Source: an uncultured virus (IMG/VR IMGVR_UViG_3300015615_000498)
Lineage: Duplodnaviria > Heunggongvirae > Uroviricota > Caudoviricetes
Virus record (IMG/VR): IMGVR_UViG_3300015615_000498
Coordinates: 49,691-69,690 of that record
Direction: 5' to 3' (one strand)
DNA length: 20,000 nucleotides
The translations under genes were made by a program, and so were the position numbers. The notes below the pieces were generated by a model. That model was not told where the DNA came from and ran no database searches. It was given only the letters and a program-made list of their open reading frames with translations. How positions within the stretch are numbered: the first letter of the stretch is position 1; each line of letters starts with the position of its first letter. Shown here piece after piece: positions 17,723-20,000 of this stretch.

Positions 17723-17909
17723 GGCCGATTCCCGTAAGCCGCTCCTCGTGCGCCTCGACTACGATCTGCATCACCGCCTGCAGGAACTCTCTGCCGCGTC
17801 GGGCCAGTCGATGAACGATCTGGCCGCGACGGCTATCCGCCGATTGGTCACCGATCAGCCGGCTGCCCGTACTTCTCGATCACCCGCTCCTTCAGCGCGG
17901 ACTTCTTGA
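17721..17909 (+). CDS. Ribbon-helix-helix (Arc/CopG/HicB-like) DNA-binding protein, 62 aa
   Basis: RKPLLVRLDYDLHHRLQELSAASGQSMNDLAATAIRRLV has the classic RHH strand-helix-G-x-S-x-N-helix pattern. It fills the 17723-17847 gap; AAGGT lies upstream. Confidence 0.75.
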   Translation: MADSRKPLLVRLDYDLHHRLQELSAASGQSMNDLAATAIRRLVTDQPAARTSRSPAPSARTS

Positions 17910-18417
17910 TCTTTCCCTTCTGGTACTTCTCGCGGAGTTTCGGGTCGACGGTCAGTTCCCGCCGCATCATTTCCTTGACCAGCTTCGGGGCGAGCCGGAC
18001 CGTCTTCGGCGGTTCCTTGTCTTTCCGCTTCCCTCGCACGTGCAGCAGACCGTCGGCGTCCGCGCCCTTGTGCTTGAGCTTCGCAATGCAGTCGTCGGCG
18101 TTGGACACCCAGGCCATCGGATCGTCGTACGTTCCGAGTTGGCCGAAGTAGGTTTTCCCGTGCGTGCTGATGCCGGCTTTCTGGGCGATGGCAACGATGC
18201 TGTCGCGGTGCTCTTCCGTCATCTCGCGCGTCATCGATGCGTGCTGCGACGCATTGAATGTGTCGTTCGAATTCTTCATGAACGGGCCGCGCCGCGACGC
18301 CAGCATGTGAGCGAGCGGGATCGAATTTCCCTTCTCTCGCAAACGCTGATAGACCACCTGCAGCGGCTTCGGCCACCGGCGGACTTCCCCTTCGAGGATC
18401 TTCTCGCGCTGAGTCAT
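17848..18417 (-). CDS. Basic hypothetical phage protein (189 aa)
   Basis: ATG at 18417, 5 nt after the portal stop; MTQREKILEG...GKTYFGQLGTYDDPMAWVS. The track's extension to 19083 overlaps the portal and is spurious. Confidence 0.7.
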   Translation of the reverse strand: MTQREKILEGEVRRWPKPLQVVYQRLREKGNSIPLAHMLASRRGPFMKNSNDTFNASQHASMTREMTEEHRDSIVAIAQKAGISTHGKTYFGQLGTYDDPMAWVSNADDCIAKLKHKGADADGLLHVRGKRKDKEPPKTVRLAPKLVKEMMRRELTVDPKLREKYQKGKIKKSALKERVIEKYGQPADR

Positions 18418-18422
18418 CTCGA

Positions 18423-20000
18423 TCACTTCTTCTTGGGCTTCTGCTTGCTGGGCTTCTTGGATGATCCAGCGGCGGGCTTCTTGGCGGCCTGCTTCTTGGC
18501 CGCGGCCGTTTGCTTCGCAGTCTGGACCTGTACCTTGGCTTTGTCGGACTGTGCCTGAATTCCGATCCGGGCCGTCGCGGATTTGACCGCCATCTGTTCC
18601 TGCAGTTGAGCCATCTTGAGCTGGTGCTCGTCTTCCGACTGGGCCATCTCCTGCTGATGGTTGTCGTCCGACTGCTGCATTTCTTGGGCGTGCTCGGCGT
18701 CCTGACGAGCGAGGTCCGCTTCGAGCACAGCCGGATCCTCGGCACCCTCGCCAGCCTGGCCCTCCACCGGCGGTGGAATATCCGGCACGATGTACCCTTG
18801 TGGGTCGAGGTCGTGAGCCTCGCAAAGATCGGTCATCATCTGGTTCCACGGTCCAGACTGACCCATCATCACGAGCTGCTGGGCGACCGGTGCCACGATC
18901 GTGGCGACCTGCGACAGTTCCTGCTTCCGCGCTTCCTTGTTTGGTTTGCGACTGCTGCCCGCGACAATCCGGAATGAGAAGTCCCGGATCACAGCTTCCT
19001 GGGCTCCCGGCTCGGCGAAGTACTGCAGCAGGTAGAGAGCCCCTTCCTCGCCAACTACTGGGAAGAAATCGCGGTAGCCGCACTCGCCGGCGGCTGCCTG
19101 CATTTCCTTCGTGACGCTCTCTTCGAACCAGTCCTCAGTGGAAGCGGCCATGTCGTCCGGGCGGACGTTGACCTGTTCCTTGCGACCCTCGAACTCGGAC
19201 GCCGAACGAATCCCCAGGTTGGAGATGCCGTAGGCCAGTTCCGTCAGTCCTGTCGCTTTGTCGAAGAGCTGGCCCGCCTCCGTGAACATTTTCCAGATGT
19301 CGATTTTGACGTCGGGAGTCTTCACAAAACTCACAACGTCGTCGATCTTTTCGCCGTGGACCTTCTCCAACAGGAGAGCGATGTACGGTCCGAAGTGCTT
19401 CTTTTCGAGCTGCTCTTCAAGGGACTTTGCGGCGGACTTCTGTACCGCCATGATGTCGCGGCAGTTGATCGCGATCTTGTTGGCCAGCAGGCTCAAGACC
19501 CAGTTCATGAACTTCAGGTAGCCGATACCGTTCTTGGCGATGCTGATCGGCCAAACAGAGTTGGGGTCCTCGTAGAAACTCAGTCGCGAGTACGGCCATC
19601 CACCGTCCTGATAGAACGGGATTGGCCAGCCGGTTCGCTCGAGGATCTCCTGCTCGTCCACCGCCTCGGTCATCGATTCCGGCGGCAGATTGAGCGGGAA
19701 GTTGATGCCCTTCGACACGATGATTCGGCAGAACTGGCCCAGCACCGACGTATCGATCTCAGTCTTTTCCCGGTCGGCCAAGGGCTTCAGGCGATCCCCG
19801 AACCCCTGCTTCGAGTAGATCTCCCAGTACTCCACGATGTCCCAGGAGTCGCCCCCGCGATTCTGTTTCGCCTCCTGCCTTGCCTGCTCGGTGGTCTGGG
19901 AATTCATCGACTGGAAATGCCCCTTAAGAGAGGCAACGTCCAATCCGAACCGCTCAGCGACGACGTGCTTGTCCTCGCGTCGCCGAACGGCAATCCACTG
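18423..20000 (-). CDS. Portal protein, P22-like/podovirus-type (5' end beyond window)
   Basis: Frame is open to 20000 (QWIAVRRREDKHVVAERFGLD...). Motifs VEYWEIYSK, WPYSRLSFYEDPNSVWPIS, TGLTELAYG...RSASE and FSFRIVAGSS; Gln-rich coiled-coil C-terminus. Confidence 0.8.
   Translation of the reverse strand, partial: QWIAVRRREDKHVVAERFGLDVASLKGHFQSMNSQTTEQARQEAKQNRGGDSWDIVEYWEIYSKQGFGDRLKPLADREKTEIDTSVLGQFCRIIVSKGINFPLNLPPESMTEAVDEQEILERTGWPIPFYQDGGWPYSRLSFYEDPNSVWPISIAKNGIGYLKFMNWVLSLLANKIAINCRDIMAVQKSAAKSLEEQLEKKHFGPYIALLLEKVHGEKIDDVVSFVKTPDVKIDIWKMFTEAGQLFDKATGLTELAYGISNLGIRSASEFEGRKEQVNVRPDDMAASTEDWFEESVTKEMQAAAGECGYRDFFPVVGEEGALYLLQYFAEPGAQEAVIRDFSFRIVAGSSRKPNKEARKQELSQVATIVAPVAQQLVMMGQSGPWNQMMTDLCEAHDLDPQGYIVPDIPPPVEGQAGEGAEDPAVLEADLARQDAEHAQEMQQSDDNHQQEMAQSEDEHQLKMAQLQEQMAVKSATARIGIQAQSDKAKVQVQTAKQTAAAKKQAAKKPAAGSSKKPSKQKPKKK

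Larger units (their letters stand above)
1..20000 (-). mobile_element. Tailed phage/prophage structural (late) gene region
   Basis: About 18 co-oriented minus-strand genes with ATGA/GTGA/TGATG/TAATG overlaps, in the order portal, adaptor, tail, ejection proteins, holin-like, tailspike-like. No host housekeeping genes, integrase or att site in the window, so prophage versus free phage is unresolved. Confidence 0.92.

Noticed and set aside
1..20000. CRISPR array, tRNA/rRNA, DGR template/variable repeats, integrase or IS
   Set aside because: None seen by eye. The window is almost fully coding, with no reverse transcriptase or long repeats; a self-dotplot and Infernal scan would confirm.

Overview
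The whole window is the virion morphogenesis region of a high-GC tailed phage or prophage, read almost entirely on the minus strand with tightly coupled start/stop overlaps. A Planctomycetota host is my unverified guess. From right to left the genes are: podovirus-type portal (partial), hypothetical, head-tail adaptor, tail terminator-like protein, tail tube, tail chaperone, an acidic Lys-free protein where a tape measure is expected, Dit-like protein, hub-like protein, Cys-rich tail protein, two GT-A glycosyltransferases, a small membrane protein, two internal/ejection-type proteins, a holin-like membrane pair, and a beta-helix + sialate O-acetylesterase (SASA) protein. This last gene is partial and missing from the ORF track. 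Main observations: (1) two near-identical palindromes AGTCCACTC-nn-AGTGGAC bracket the ejection-protein pair and overlap predicted transcription starts; (2) an antisense Arc/RHH regulator gene shares a CATG with the start of the adaptor gene; (3) an unannotated 47-aa antisense membrane gene has its own promoter; (4) glycosyltransferases are coupled to tail-tip genes, suggesting virion glycosylation; (5) the virion looks like a podo/sipho hybrid without a canonical tape measure. All product calls come from motif recognition and gene order, not from database searches.
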